Positions 9,649-20,066 of a stretch of 64,000 bases of DNA are shown here, in pieces. Position numbers and translations under genes: made by a program. The DNA lies in contig PLBY01000063.1 in assembly GCA_003134655.1 (NCBI GenBank), positions 401 to 64,400 on the forward strand, given 5' to 3'. How positions within the stretch are numbered: position 1 is the first letter of the stretch; every line of letters starts with the position of its first letter. Below the pieces are notes generated by a model. The model searched no databases, was not told the DNA's origin, and was given only the letters and a program-made list of their open reading frames with translations. This stretch comes from Acidobacteriaceae bacterium (GTDB lineage Bacteria > Acidobacteriota > Terriglobia > Terriglobales > Acidobacteriaceae).

Positions 9649-10986
9649 TCAATCCGGCTGCTGTTCTTGATGGCGACGCCGAAAAATTTTGGCGTATCCC
9701 CACCAAGCGAAACACCCCAGAAGTAAGTCTATCCCCACCCTGAAGCGGAGATCTGACCAGTAGAGGACAGCTGCTATGGACAGGAGATTCAGGATGACCA
9801 ACAGACCGAGCAGTAGACGCCCAAATTCGATCCGTTTGAGCGCTACAACCATCCCGACGAGTCCCGCAGGGAACACCAGCAGCCAGTACAGGAATAGTAC
9901 GATTCTTTCATGCAGACGCTGGCTTCCCCTTGGATCGTAGGGGAGCAAGGTCGTCCAGAATCTGCGGAACGTTAGTTTCGCATAAGCAGCCGGGTGGTCC
10001 GATACGAATTGTACAGCTAAGCGCCGGGAGAGGCGATCGCGACGCACCGCAGCAGGGACACGTGCATCAGCTGTTTCCACTTCATGCAGTGCTCGCCTTT
10101 GCTCGTCGACCCACGGACACGGACCTTCCGCCCAGTAGGGAATGAACACGCTCTCCGAAGCGACGCACAAGTTATTGCCCTCGACGAAATCCTCTCCCAC
10201 GATGCTAGCAACGGGCACCAAGATCCCAAACCGAACATAGTTGCGTATGGTCCACGGGACAACCACACAAACCGTAATTATCGCGATAATACCGTATCCC
10301 GTCCACGTTCTGAGCGTTCGCGGCGCTTCAATGAGCATAACTGCTCCCATAGCGACCAGCAAGAGCACACCACTCTCCCGCGTCAGCATGCAGAGACCAA
10401 TCATAGCCCCACAGAGGATGGCCCACCTCATTCGCTGCGTTTGGAACCAAATAAGAAACGCCCAGATAGCCGCAGCAAAGAAGAAAAAAAACAAGTCTTC
10501 GTTGTACGGCTGAGAGGCGGAATTCACAAGGATCGGGTGAGCCCCAGCCGCGACACCGGCGAACCATGCCGCACCCGGCCTTCGGAACACGTGCAAGGTG
10601 ATCAAACCCATAAGTCCGGTCAAGAGTCCGCCAAACAGCGCTTGGAGTGGAAAGAAGAGTTTGAATGAGAACCCCGAGATCGCGAACGTTCCAGCAAGAA
10701 AGAACTCGTATAAAGGAGCCTTGAATAATGCCTCTTGTCCTGCATAGCGGATGTTTCTTCCGGATGCAAGCGGAGTTTCATCTACGATGTAGCCCTTGCC
10801 CGATAGCAGAGCTCCCGCGATGAGAACGTGATATAGAGCGTCGGCATCCCATGCGTTGATGAAGGCGCGGCCCGAAAGATTGGTGAGAGCGTTTCGATAT
10901 CGAACTATGCCGTAGCCTATCCTGAGTCCGAAACCGAGGATCACCAGCATCACAAACAGGCGTCTTGGGGACGTGAATCGACTCAA
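9649..10986 (-). CDS. Polytopic membrane protein, GT-C fold glycosyltransferase-like (ArnT/PMT, GT39-like)
   Basis: 445 aa with at least 10 predicted hydrophobic helices and a soluble loop near the C-terminus. General resemblance to family-39 lipid-carrier-dependent glycosyltransferases. TTG start in track; assignment tentative. Confidence 0.55.
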   Translation of the reverse strand: MSRFTSPRRLFVMLVILGFGLRIGYGIVRYRNALTNLSGRAFINAWDADALYHVLIAGALLSGKGYIVDETPLASGRNIRYAGQEALFKAPLYEFFLAGTFAISGFSFKLFFPLQALFGGLLTGLMGLITLHVFRRPGAAWFAGVAAGAHPILVNSASQPYNEDLFFFFFAAAIWAFLIWFQTQRMRWAILCGAMIGLCMLTRESGVLLLVAMGAVMLIEAPRTLRTWTGYGIIAIITVCVVVPWTIRNYVRFGILVPVASIVGEDFVEGNNLCVASESVFIPYWAEGPCPWVDEQRRALHEVETADARVPAAVRRDRLSRRLAVQFVSDHPAAYAKLTFRRFWTTLLPYDPRGSQRLHERIVLFLYWLLVFPAGLVGMVVALKRIEFGRLLLGLLVILNLLSIAAVLYWSDLRFRVGIDLLLGCFAWWGYAKIFRRRHQEQQPD

Positions 10987-11384
10987 CCGGAATTTCCTTT
11001 TTTACCTGGGAAACGGCACCATTGTACACTTATCGTGCCTGCTCGTGACGTGGTTAAACGATTTTCATCTAAAGCGCGTGCAACGGTCTGCGATCCGCAC
11101 CGGCACTGCGCAAATTGCCGCAGCCGGTCCTTGCGTTCGACGTTCGAAGCCTCGCCATTAGGGGATGAGCCACTCATAAGTGGGAAATGGGGGTGGAGTA
11201 TGTGGTATTCACCCAGCTTATCCCACTCCGGCCGCAAATGATCAAGACTCTGGTGAACGCTTATTGTGGAATTCTGGTCCGAAGCCATCCCCTTGGTCTT
11301 CCTGCTGGTTGGTGCTTGTCAACAACTTGGACAACGGTCGAGATTCGCGCAGCACGGCCTGCCGGAGCCGGTCAGAAAATCCTA

Positions 11385-12011
11385 TCATCCTCCGAGCACC
11401 GACCAGGCCAACTTCGTAGCTTCCATGACCCAGACCTTCGCAGACTGGCGGTGGCGCCACCACGGCTGTTGGAACTCGGGATCCGCCACACTGTCGATCC
11501 AGATATGAACTTCTGGATTACGTTCCTTGAGCGTCCTTCTCCACAGAATCCCGGCGCGGCGAGTGTGATAATCCGACGTTACGATCGCAATCGCATGCCA
11601 GTGATGCTCCTGGATACAGGAGCTCACGGCTTGAGCCTCTTGGCGGGTCGAGTTCACCTCTGCGCCGGTTTCGCAAAAATCCACACGGGCAGCGGCATCA
11701 CTGCCGTAGTTCCGCTCGATGAAGGCATGGGCCAGAGGCGGTATCGATTGCCCCCAGTACGATTCCTTGGGAACGCTCAGTAGAACCCGGTCCGAGAGAC
11801 CTCGTTGTAAGAGGCCAACCGCCCCGGCGATTCGGACCTTCTCGGCAACGATCGAACCTTGCAATACGATTGCCGCATCCACGTGGTCTGGTGCCGGCTC
11901 GTTGACGATCAGCAGCTCACTGCCCCAGCACAGCAAACAAAGAACGAAGGCCGCAGACGCGGCTAGTAGCCGCCACAGCGCACGGAATGATCTTCTCGCC
12001 GGCGAGGACAT
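11385..12011 (-). CDS. YdcF/DUF218 (ElyC/SanA-like) family protein
   Basis: From internal ATG 12009-12011: signal anchor LLAASAAFVLCLLCW, then VDAAIVLQGS...AIAIVTSDYHTRRA, characteristic of DUF218. The 95 codons upstream in the track ORF look non-coding. Confidence 0.7.
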   Translation of the reverse strand: MSSPARRSFRALWRLLAASAAFVLCLLCWGSELLIVNEPAPDHVDAAIVLQGSIVAEKVRIAGAVGLLQRGLSDRVLLSVPKESYWGQSIPPLAHAFIERNYGSDAAARVDFCETGAEVNSTRQEAQAVSSCIQEHHWHAIAIVTSDYHTRRAGILWRRTLKERNPEVHIWIDSVADPEFQQPWWRHRQSAKVWVMEATKLAWSVLGG

Positions 12012-12456
12012 GAGGTGCTTCGCAAGACCGATGCTGGCCCGGCAATCTTCGCCGCCGCCCGTGAACCTTGGGTCAACGGGTTCGAGCCGGCCTTCTCGGC
12101 CACCGCTCCGGATTTCTTCCGGCGAACCCAAGAGTCTTGAGCGCACGATTCTAGCACGGCTCTGGCACAGCTCTATTTGTGGAATGACGTTTCTCCTTTT
12201 TTTTCTTAATGTTTCCTGCCCTCTCGGCTTGGGCTGGTAATCTAGACAGCGTCGGCACTTTGTGCCAACCTGAAAAATGGATCGATTGAACAGCATGGAT
12301 TCTCAGCGGCGTTTGGGATCGGAGACGAATCGCGATCCGCGTTTCTCGCTCCGGATTGAGCAGGTTTGTGCTTGGTCAAGTTCCCCGGAAGCGGTCAATA
12401 AGGTCTGGCGATTCAACCGTCTTTCGCGACTCCTGCCAGAAATCGGACCGAAGTGA

Positions 12457-13998
12457 ATGAGCCTCAAGATTCGAGCCCTCAAGAACGTCGCGTCGAGTTG
12501 GGCGGGATTGGCGGTGAATATTGCCGTCGGCTTCTTCCTATCACCTTTCATCTTGCATCACCTCGGGGACGAAGCCTTTGGCTTGTGGATTCTGATCTTC
12601 TCCTTGACCGGCTACTATGGCATCTTCGATTTCGGAATCCGGTCCTCCCTCATCCGCTATGTCTCAAAGTTCCAGGCCACCGGGGACAAAGATGAACTGG
12701 CGCGACTCATAAATACCAGCCTTTTCACCTACACCTTCGTCGGTCTAATCCTGGTGGTACCTACTGCGTTGGGCGGGATCTATGCGGACCGGCTATTCCA
12801 CATCCCGCCGGGGTTTCTTAAGGACGCACGAATTCTGTTTCTGATGGTGGGATATTCCCTGGCTCTTGGTTTTCCCTTGGGTATTTCGGGAGGCATTCTT
12901 GAGGGACTGCAAAGGTTCTATCTCCTGAACTGGACCAACATCGTCGCGACGCTGGTGCGGGCCGTTCTGATCATCTATGTCCTGCGGCACGGTTTCGGGC
13001 TTCTCAGCGTCGCTCTGATTACCGTGTCGTTGCCGTTAGTTGCATCGGCGGTTCGGGCAGTAATCGCGCATCGTTTGCTGCGAATTCCCTATGGATGGAA
13101 ATACGTGAGCAGAGGATCGCTCCGGCAGGTCGCCAACTATGGCTCGGTCACTTTTATGATCATTGTCGCCAGCCGCCTCCGGTTCAAGACAGACGCAGTC
13201 ATCATCGGATCGCTTCTTTCCGCCGGGGCCATCACCTATTTTTCCATCGGAGCACGCCTGGTTGACTATGCCGGAGAGGTCGTGAGCAGCTTGGCGCAGA
13301 TTTTCACCCCGATGTCCAGTCACTTTCATGCGACCGGGGACTACGCCCAACTCCGCAAGATCTTCATTTCCGGAAACCGGGCTTGCGCTCTCGTCATGTT
13401 CCCTTTGACCGTTACTCTGGTCGTCATGGGCAAATCGATAATCGAAGCCTGGGTAGGACCGCGTTATGTTTCGAGTTACACAGTCCTTCTGGTTCTTTTG
13501 ATTCCGTCCACTTTCTATATGGCGCAGTCGACTTCGAATCGGATCTTGTTCGGCATGAGCCTGCACAAATCCTTGGCCTATGTCGTACTCATGGAAGGCA
13601 TCGCGAACGTGATTCTCAGCATCGCGCTAGTTCGACCTCTGGGAATCGTCGGCGATGCGATTGGTACTGCTATTCCGCTGCTATGCACCTCATTGTTCTT
13701 TTTGCCACGACACCTGTGTCGCCATTTGGGTATTCCAGTGCGCAAATTCATCATGGAGGCCTACCTTTACCCCGTGGTCCTTTGCGTGCCTATGAGTTTT
13801 GTCCTGCTGCTGATGCAGCGCTCTTTCTATGCCCACCGCTATCCGCAACTCATTCTGAATCTGCTAGCGGGTATCGCGGCCTATGGTGTCGGCGTTCTCT
13901 GGTTTGTCCTGGCCCGGGAACCGCTCGGCATCCAATTCAAGGCTAGGATGTCCCGCTATTTCGGACGGACGGGGGAGTCCCAGTCGGGACCAGTCTGA
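12457..13998 (+). CDS. wzx: Oligosaccharide/polysaccharide flippase (Wzx, MOP superfamily)
   Basis: 513 aa, about 12-14 TM. N-terminus LKNVASSWAGLAVNIAVGFFLSPFILHHLGDEAFGLWILIFSLTGYYGIFDFGIRSSLIRYVS is typical of polysaccharide-biosynthesis flippases. Confidence 0.85.
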   Translation: MSLKIRALKNVASSWAGLAVNIAVGFFLSPFILHHLGDEAFGLWILIFSLTGYYGIFDFGIRSSLIRYVSKFQATGDKDELARLINTSLFTYTFVGLILVVPTALGGIYADRLFHIPPGFLKDARILFLMVGYSLALGFPLGISGGILEGLQRFYLLNWTNIVATLVRAVLIIYVLRHGFGLLSVALITVSLPLVASAVRAVIAHRLLRIPYGWKYVSRGSLRQVANYGSVTFMIIVASRLRFKTDAVIIGSLLSAGAITYFSIGARLVDYAGEVVSSLAQIFTPMSSHFHATGDYAQLRKIFISGNRACALVMFPLTVTLVVMGKSIIEAWVGPRYVSSYTVLLVLLIPSTFYMAQSTSNRILFGMSLHKSLAYVVLMEGIANVILSIALVRPLGIVGDAIGTAIPLLCTSLFFLPRHLCRHLGIPVRKFIMEAYLYPVVLCVPMSFVLLLMQRSFYAHRYPQLILNLLAGIAAYGVGVLWFVLAREPLGIQFKARMSRYFGRTGESQSGPV

Positions 13999-14002
13999 CG
14001 GC

Positions 14003-14045
14003 AATGTGAAAATGCTCTTGTCATTGTCGCAATTCTTTTCACATT
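14003..14045. repeat. Perfect 10-bp inverted repeat (AATGTGAAAA / TTTTCACATT) with a 23-nt spacer just after the wzx stop
   Basis: Read directly: aatgtgaaaa 14003-14012 and ttttcacatt 14036-14045. Could be a stem-loop/terminator or a protein-binding site. Confidence 0.5.
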
Positions 14046-14130
14046 CGGACGTGAAGGGATTCTGGACCGCCGCATGATTCAGCAGAGGATTTCTTTTCAC
14101 GCACTTACACGGAATAGCCTTCATTACTAA

Positions 14131-15273
14131 GGAACCTCTGAGCAACCATCAATTTTGAAGGCGACGGGAATTTCAGACCGGCACAGGCCACGAAATTCCC
14201 CGGTATTGCTTGCAACCTTGCCGGAACCGGCTATTCACGCGGCTTTCAGAGACACTACGCCCTCGCTACCGCCAGCCGCTTGAACAGGTTCACCAAAGCG
14301 AAGCTGGCGCACAGCCGATGATGGTTCTTCTTAATTCCGCGGTATCTCACCTTTTCGAAACCAAAAATGCGCTTCAGTATCCGGAACGGATGTTCCACCT
14401 TCGCTCGGACTCTGGCCTTCACCCGGTTCTTGGCCTTTTGTAACTCATCCACAAAGTTCTTGTAGTGGACTCTCCGGCTGGTCATATCTTGCGCTCGCGG
14501 AGCCGCTTGCCGGATCGCTTCCCCTTGTCCCTGATACCCTCCATCGCCCCACACCTTGCGCTCTTCCCCGTGCAACAGATCGGGCAGCATGTGCTTGTCT
14601 GCCACCGAAGCCGCCGACGTGCACACCGAATGCACATGACCTTGCTTGGAGTCCACTCCGATGTGCGCCTTCAGCCCGAAGTACCACTGCTTCCCCTTAC
14701 GCGTCTGATGCATCTCCGGATCGCGCTCTCCGCTCCGGTTCTTGGTCGACGAGGGCGCGTGAATATATGGTCGCGTCCACAATCGTCCCCGTGGTGATGC
14801 GGATGCCCCGGCTCTCCAGATATTGGTTCACCGCGTTCAGCATCGCCCCGCCCAGTTCGTGTTTCTCCAACAGGTGACGGAACTGAAGGATGGTGCTCTC
14901 GTCCGGCACCGGCGCGCGCCCCAGATCGATTCCCACAAAGCGCCGCAGCACCGGTGATTCATACAGCGCATCCTCCGCGCCCGGATCGCTCAGATTGAAC
15001 CACTGCTGCAGAAAGTACACCCGCAACATGATGCTTAGCCCCACCGGAGGCCGCCCGTTCTCCCCTTTCGGGTAATGCGGTTCGACCAACGCCTGTAACT
15101 CCGCCCACGGCACCACCTGCTCCATCTCCTCGAGAAACCGCTCCCGCTTCGTCTTCCGCCCGTACTTCTCGAAACCCGTCTGCGCCGCCAAAGTTTGCTG
15201 TCGCATCCGCCTTTTCCTCCGACTTACACCTTACCCGCTTCGCCTGTGAATCGGAGAGTTCTTCAGAGGTTCC
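14131..15273 (-). mobile_element. IS5-family insertion sequence with terminal inverted repeats and 4-bp CTAA target-site duplication
   Basis: Ends GGAACCTCTGAG (14131-) and CTTCAGAGGTTCC (-15273) are inverted copies (11/12 nt). Both are flanked by CTAA (14127-14130 and 14274.. corrected: 15274-15277). The interior encodes an InsH-like transposase. Confidence 0.9.
14255..15206 (-). pseudogene. IS5 (InsH-like) transposase with a single +1 nt frameshift
   Basis: ORF 14697..15206 (...PWAELQALVEPHYPKGENGRP...GTIVDATI) continues as HAPSSTKNRSGERDPEMHQTRKGKQWYFGLKAHIGVD... in ORF 14255..14782. Removing one T in the ATATATT run (about 14762-14768) restores GTIVDATIIHAPSSTKN. Confidence 0.85.
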
Positions 15274-15494
15274 CTAAGGCTTTCCAAATGCTCCACTTTT
15301 TCGTTATTCGCGATGAGCAAATCCGACTTTCTTACCGCTGCCCGGTAGTGTTACTCTATGAGGCAACGTTTCGGGGTTTCCTCCCCCTTGAGAATATGCA
15401 AACCGGTTTCGCCCGGCCCTGATGAAGTCTGGGAACCGATCCAGGCAAATACAATAAACGTAGTAGAGAAGCCGAACGTAAGGAGGCTTAGTAC

Positions 15495-15623
15495 TTGACA
15501 GCTTCGACCAGCCATCTCATTCCGCCGCACGGCGGAGAACTTGTTCAACTCATCGCGTGTTGTGGCAGGCGCCTTCGTAGTCGGCGCGTTTCACGGCCCG
15601 CAACGGAGAAGACCCGCCGGTGA
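15495..15623 (+). pseudogene. sat: Possible N-terminal stub of sulfate adenylyltransferase
   Basis: AGGAGG, 8 nt, then TTG. The ORF reads (M)[20 protein letters not shown]..., matching the characteristic Sat N-terminus (LI.PHGG.LV.L). Homology is lost after about 20 codons and the ORF stops at codon 43. Confidence 0.45.
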
Positions 15624-15948
15624 GCAGCAACTCAAGATCGCAGAGCTGGCGGCCAGTCAGGTCCCACGAGGACCACTCTTTTAAATTCGGCGATTCGCTC
15701 GGGTTGAGCCCTTACGTCGCAATAACAAGAATCCGCTACTCTCCGGCCTGCTGGCCTCAGGGCCACACTTGCGAGAAGAACTTCTTGCTACGGTTAGCGA
15801 GCATATCGAACCTGCGATTCGGAAGTCCGGTGGCGTGGCTGAGGATGTTTTCTCGTCGAATGGCTGTGCGTCACACCAGGACTCCAAAGGCAAGGACAGG
15901 CCGGTCAGCGAAACGAAGGGAAAGACTTCTGTCAATTGGAACTTGTCG

Positions 15949-16989
15949 ATGAATAGCTTCTACGTGTCTGGAGGTCGGCTGCGAAGGACGGTTTTCCGCA
16001 AGCTGGAAGAATGGCAATCGTGCGAGCAAGCTCTCCTAATCGAACTCGACCCGGTAAAGAATCAATTTCGCGCGTGTGTGGAGTACGTTTCCCCGCCTGA
16101 AGTTTGTCCGGATGTGTTGCCGGCCGTTCTGTTCAAGTCGGCCACGCTTCGGGGGAATAAGCTTTACACCTGTACATCCACCGAGGTGTTGGTCTACGAG
16201 CTTCCGAGTTTTCGGCTTCAGCACTACATTTCCCTGCCCTGCTTCAACGATCTCCATCATGTTTGCCCCACACAGCGGGGGACACTTCTGGTAGTAGTGA
16301 CCGGGCTTGATATGGTGGTAGAGATCACGATGACAGGAAGCCTGGTGAGGGAATGGAGTGTGTTAGGCGAAGATCCTTGGGCAAGATTCTCGCGGCAGAC
16401 GGACTATCGCAAGGTCTCCACGACCAAGCCCCACCTGTCGCACCCGAATCACGTGTTTGAGCTCGACCGGGAAGTCTGGGTCACGCGCTTCCATCAGCGC
16501 GATGCGATCTGCCTGACCACCCCCGGTCCCCGCATCGATATCGCGGTGCAGGCGCCTCACGATGGCTACATTGCCGGAGACAGAATCTATTTCACCACAG
16601 TCGATGGCCATGTCGTCATCGCCAACCGGAAAACCTTGCAGGTCGAAGAAACGGTGGACCTGAGCCAGATGAGCGGACCGTCCGGACAGGCTCTGGGCTG
16701 GTGCCGCGGCGTGCTTCCGCTTGACGAACGCTGGTTGTGGGTAGGCTTCTCGCGAGTCCGTCCCACCAAGTTCGTCGAGAATGTAGCGTGGGTCAGAAAC
16801 GGCTACTCCAATCGGCTCAAACCCTCCCACGTCGCGCTCTATGATCTTGAGCGCAAGACATGCGAACAGGAAATTGATCTGGAACCGTACGGGATCGGGG
16901 TTATATTCAGTCTGCTTCCAGTCTCTGCGGAGGAGGCCAGCTCAGTAGAACCAGCCTTGAAAGAGTCTGGCAAAACTACCGGCTTTTGA
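15949..16989 (+). CDS. Hypothetical protein, probably beta-propeller-like
   Basis: Long ORF with good coding look from ATG 15949 (MNSFYVSGG...). Repeated beta-strand-rich segments. No family confidently recognised. Confidence 0.55.
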   Translation: MNSFYVSGGRLRRTVFRKLEEWQSCEQALLIELDPVKNQFRACVEYVSPPEVCPDVLPAVLFKSATLRGNKLYTCTSTEVLVYELPSFRLQHYISLPCFNDLHHVCPTQRGTLLVVVTGLDMVVEITMTGSLVREWSVLGEDPWARFSRQTDYRKVSTTKPHLSHPNHVFELDREVWVTRFHQRDAICLTTPGPRIDIAVQAPHDGYIAGDRIYFTTVDGHVVIANRKTLQVEETVDLSQMSGPSGQALGWCRGVLPLDERWLWVGFSRVRPTKFVENVAWVRNGYSNRLKPSHVALYDLERKTCEQEIDLEPYGIGVIFSLLPVSAEEASSVEPALKESGKTTGF

Positions 16990-17011
16990 ATTTCGACAAA
17001 GCGATCGTTCG

Positions 17012-17788
17012 ATGCCCAAGCATTCCATCGTCTTTCTGATGTATCACGAGTTGGAGATCCCGGGACGGCGTCTGTGCCAGCCCGAACTGGGGTATGCTCG
17101 TTATGTCCTGCCGGAGCCCGATTTTCGCGCGCAAATGGATCACTTGGAGATGAATGGATGGCAAGGACTCAGCGTCGGCCAAGCTCTCTCATTTCCGGAG
17201 GGACGTAACGTGACCATCACATTCGACGATGGCTGCGAAACGGACCTCCTGGCAGCGGCTCCGATCCTGCGGCAATCCGGTTTCAACGCAACCTTCTTCA
17301 TCACTTGCGAGAGGTTGGGAAAGGCTGGCTATCTTTCGCCCGCGCAGCTCAAAGAACTCAGCGGGCAGGGTTTCGAAATCGGCTGTCACTCGATGACTCA
17401 CCCCTACCTCACCGATCTCGACGCGAGCGGCCTGCGGCACGAAATCTCCGACGCCAAGTCGCAACTGGAGCAGATAATCGGCCAGCCAGTGGACCACTTC
17501 TCTTGCCCTGGAGGACGCTGCGATCAGCGGGTTGTGACCGTGGCACGCGCCGCCGGCTACCGGACGGTCGCCACTAGCCGCATTCAGGAGAATACCAGAA
17601 GCACAGACGTTTTTGCGTTGGGCCGAGTAGCGATGTTGCGAGATATTCCCTTGAGCGCGTTTGCCGCGATCTGCGAGGGCAGGCCATTGTCCAGCATGCG
17701 CGCTCAGAGCGCGTTTCGCGAGGCTGCCAGGCAGATCCTGGGCAACTCCCTCTATGATCGTTTGCGAGCCACCTTACTGCATCGCTAA
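17012..17788 (+). CDS. Polysaccharide deacetylase (CE4 / NodB homology domain)
   Basis: ITFDDGCETD (TFDDG motif), GCHSMTHP (HSxxH motif) and a later CPGG segment, in the canonical NodB-domain order. Confidence 0.85.
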   Translation: MPKHSIVFLMYHELEIPGRRLCQPELGYARYVLPEPDFRAQMDHLEMNGWQGLSVGQALSFPEGRNVTITFDDGCETDLLAAAPILRQSGFNATFFITCERLGKAGYLSPAQLKELSGQGFEIGCHSMTHPYLTDLDASGLRHEISDAKSQLEQIIGQPVDHFSCPGGRCDQRVVTVARAAGYRTVATSRIQENTRSTDVFALGRVAMLRDIPLSAFAAICEGRPLSSMRAQSAFREAARQILGNSLYDRLRATLLHR

Positions 17789-17828
17789 GGCCCGCTCCGT
17801 TAGCCCGCTCCGCTAGATGGAGAGCCGT

Positions 17829-18077
17829 CTAACCGTAGGGAGAGAGAATTACGCGGATGCTACAATCGTCTTCAAGCATTAAGCTCATGACTGGAACGAT
17901 GATAACAGCACCTCCGCACAAGGCAGCAAGAAGCATGCGGAGACTCCCAATGTGTTTCTGATATGTGCGGTTCAGGCATGAGCGCGCAACTTGTGGGCTG
18001 TTGGCCCGATTCTTAAAATACCTCGCGGCACGGTCGATCACGGCATTGCACTGCGTTGGATCATCGGTAGCGATCAT
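17829..18077 (-). CDS. Small hypothetical protein with C-terminal TM segment
   Basis: Only ORF in a lower-GC gap. Has a hydrophobic stretch LLAALCGGAVIIVPVMSL. No homology recognised. Confidence 0.3.
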   Translation of the reverse strand: MIATDDPTQCNAVIDRAARYFKNRANSPQVARSCLNRTYQKHIGSLRMLLAALCGGAVIIVPVMSLMLEDDCSIRVILSPYG

Positions 18078-18174
18078 CGCTTCCCACTCTTATTCTATCT
18101 TTAACGGCGGACTTGTCGGTTAGAATGCCTTTACGTAGTAGGTCGACGGAACGCGGCGGTTATCAACCTTTGCA

Positions 18175-19566
18175 ATGAAACTCTTCCTTCCGTGGGTCAC
18201 GGTGCTGGGTTTGAGCGTAGCGGTCTGTGGGGCGGAGAGCTCTGCAAATACGCGCCATGACGCACCCCAGAGCACGTATGTGCCGCAGGAATATTGTGCA
18301 CGCACTGACCGGCGGGTCGAACCCTACCCGGAAAAACAGCCGGCAATCGGAGCAGCGGGATCAATCATCTACGATCCGAGTTTCGGATCGCGCATTCTGC
18401 GCGTCACCGACGGCAGATCGGATCCAAAGCAGGTCGGCCGTCCGCTCTTCACACCGTCTTCCGCGGAGCAGAATTCGTGGAACAAGAACTCCACGATGTT
18501 CTACGTGACTACTTCTGGGGGCTCGTTTCTGCTCTACGATTTCGATCCCGCGACCATGACGGCACGACCGGCCAGGAACCCGAATCTAAACTGGGGGGGG
18601 GAACCACAGTTCAGCTTCCGCCAGGTCAACATCCTCTATGGCATGAATCGCCGGGAACCGATCTTTGAGCAATACGACACATCGAGCGGGCGGGTAGCTG
18701 AAGTAAACGACCTCTCCAAATGCGTCAAACTCGAATCTCGTGACTCGGGACATAATGTTACGGTTAGCGCCGACGACAGCCGGTTCATGACCGTATTGGG
18801 GCCGCAGCAGGACATAAATTACATGGTCTACATCTACGACCGAACGCAGGGGTGCCGCTGGTACAATACGAAGACCGGTGAAATTGGCGGCCAGTGGGGA
18901 CCCAAAGGTACGATTTCGGTTCCTGATCACTTTCTCCTTCATAACGCCCGCATGGCGAAATCTGGGAAGTTCGTTTATATGGTGCGCGGTGGCGGCAGTG
19001 GCAGTGGCATCGGCCATGGCTGGGTGGTTTGGGAGATCGACGGTATGAATATCAGCGTCTGTCCCCGAGGGTGTGGTGGACACCACGCGCTGGGCTACTC
19101 CCACATCGTTGGTCCTTCCGAGATGTCCCATCCCTTGGACGTGTGGGTGAGACCGCTGAACCATCTGGACGCCTACACTCCGATTATCAGCGGATTGGGG
19201 CCTGCCAAAGGATTTTGGTTCGACTCTCATTTCTCGTGGAACAATGTGGATCCGAATGATTCCGCCCCGGTCTGCTTTTCGACCTACCAACCAGCCAGTC
19301 AGGATACGCCCGGAACGGCGCCACCCGTGACCGCACCATGGGAGAATGAAATCGACTGTGCGGAGACGGATGGGAAGGCTTCCAAGGTTTGGCGGTTTGC
19401 CCACACGTACAGCACCGCCAGAAACGGCTTCTGGTCGAAACCGCGAGGAAATGTTTCGCAGGACGGACACTTCTTCATGTTCACCTCCGATTGGGAAGAC
19501 CAGCTTGGAAAAACACCGAACGGCGACAAATACCGGACTGATGTTTTTATCGTCGAGCTGAAATAA
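18175..19566 (+). CDS. Secreted protein made of the same uncharacterised ~440 aa domain as the C-terminus of 5376..7724
   Basis: Signal peptide MKLFLPWVTVLGLSVAVCGA. Colinear blocks with 5376..7724, e.g. IIYDPSFGSRILRVTD, TGEIGGQWGPKGTI, CGGHHALGYSH, FSWNNVDPND, KVWRFAHTYS, VSQDGHFFMFTSDW, TDVFIVELK. Confidence 0.8.
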   Translation: MKLFLPWVTVLGLSVAVCGAESSANTRHDAPQSTYVPQEYCARTDRRVEPYPEKQPAIGAAGSIIYDPSFGSRILRVTDGRSDPKQVGRPLFTPSSAEQNSWNKNSTMFYVTTSGGSFLLYDFDPATMTARPARNPNLNWGGEPQFSFRQVNILYGMNRREPIFEQYDTSSGRVAEVNDLSKCVKLESRDSGHNVTVSADDSRFMTVLGPQQDINYMVYIYDRTQGCRWYNTKTGEIGGQWGPKGTISVPDHFLLHNARMAKSGKFVYMVRGGGSGSGIGHGWVVWEIDGMNISVCPRGCGGHHALGYSHIVGPSEMSHPLDVWVRPLNHLDAYTPIISGLGPAKGFWFDSHFSWNNVDPNDSAPVCFSTYQPASQDTPGTAPPVTAPWENEIDCAETDGKASKVWRFAHTYSTARNGFWSKPRGNVSQDGHFFMFTSDWEDQLGKTPNGDKYRTDVFIVELK

Positions 19567-19610
19567 TGCACTGGACACAAGAGTCTTTTGCGGTGGGGAG
19601 CCCAGCCTAG

Positions 19611-20066
19611 ATGGAATCTTCCGTGGGTGCAGTCACCCTCTCCCTGGGCACGTTTCATCACATCGGCTTTGTGGTCGCGTCTATTCCAACCTCCGTACAA
19701 GGATTCCTGGACTCGCTGCAGGCGGAGTGGGATGGGACAATTTTTCATGATCCCAATCAAGCCGTGCGCGTGACTTTCCTGCGTGTCAAGCCCGCTGCCA
19801 ATCCTTTGTTCGAACTGGTGGAACCGGCTGGCGAGAATTCGCCGGTGATTCCATTCTTGAAGCGCGGTGGGGGGTTGCACCACCTGTGCTATGAGATCGA
19901 CAATCTGGAGGATCAATTGACTTTGAGCCGCGCCCAAGGTGGACTCGTGGTCAGGCCACCGCTCCCTGCCGTAGCCTTTGAAGGGCGTCGCATCGCCTGG
20001 GTCTACACCAAGAACAAGCTTCTTCTGGAGTATCTGGAGCGCCAAAGAAGGCCCGCTCAGGAATGA
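19611..20066 (+). CDS. VOC-family protein (glyoxalase / methylmalonyl-CoA epimerase-like)
   Basis: FHHIGFVV near the N-terminus and GGGLHHLCYEIDNLE later match the paired metal-binding beta-alpha-beta-beta-beta modules of VOC/epimerase proteins. The stop overlaps the next start (ATGA). Confidence 0.75.
   Translation: MESSVGAVTLSLGTFHHIGFVVASIPTSVQGFLDSLQAEWDGTIFHDPNQAVRVTFLRVKPAANPLFELVEPAGENSPVIPFLKRGGGLHHLCYEIDNLEDQLTLSRAQGGLVVRPPLPAVAFEGRRIAWVYTKNKLLLEYLERQRRPAQE

Noticed and set aside
10983-11288. 101-aa minus-strand ORF whose N-terminus (SLDHLRPEWDKLGEYHILHPHF) faintly resembles the start of CelD/BioF2-like GNAT acetyltransferases.
   Set aside because: The similarity covers only about 25 residues, and the remainder is Arg/Ser/Gln-rich with no GNAT core. 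It is either a short remnant or chance, and cannot be supported as a gene.
14697-14782. Overlap of the two IS5 transposase ORFs as a programmed -1/+1 frameshift.
   Set aside because: IS5-group (InsH-like) transposases are single ORFs. The break is repaired by deleting one T in ATATATT. There is no A-AAA-AAG-type slippery heptamer and no downstream structure.
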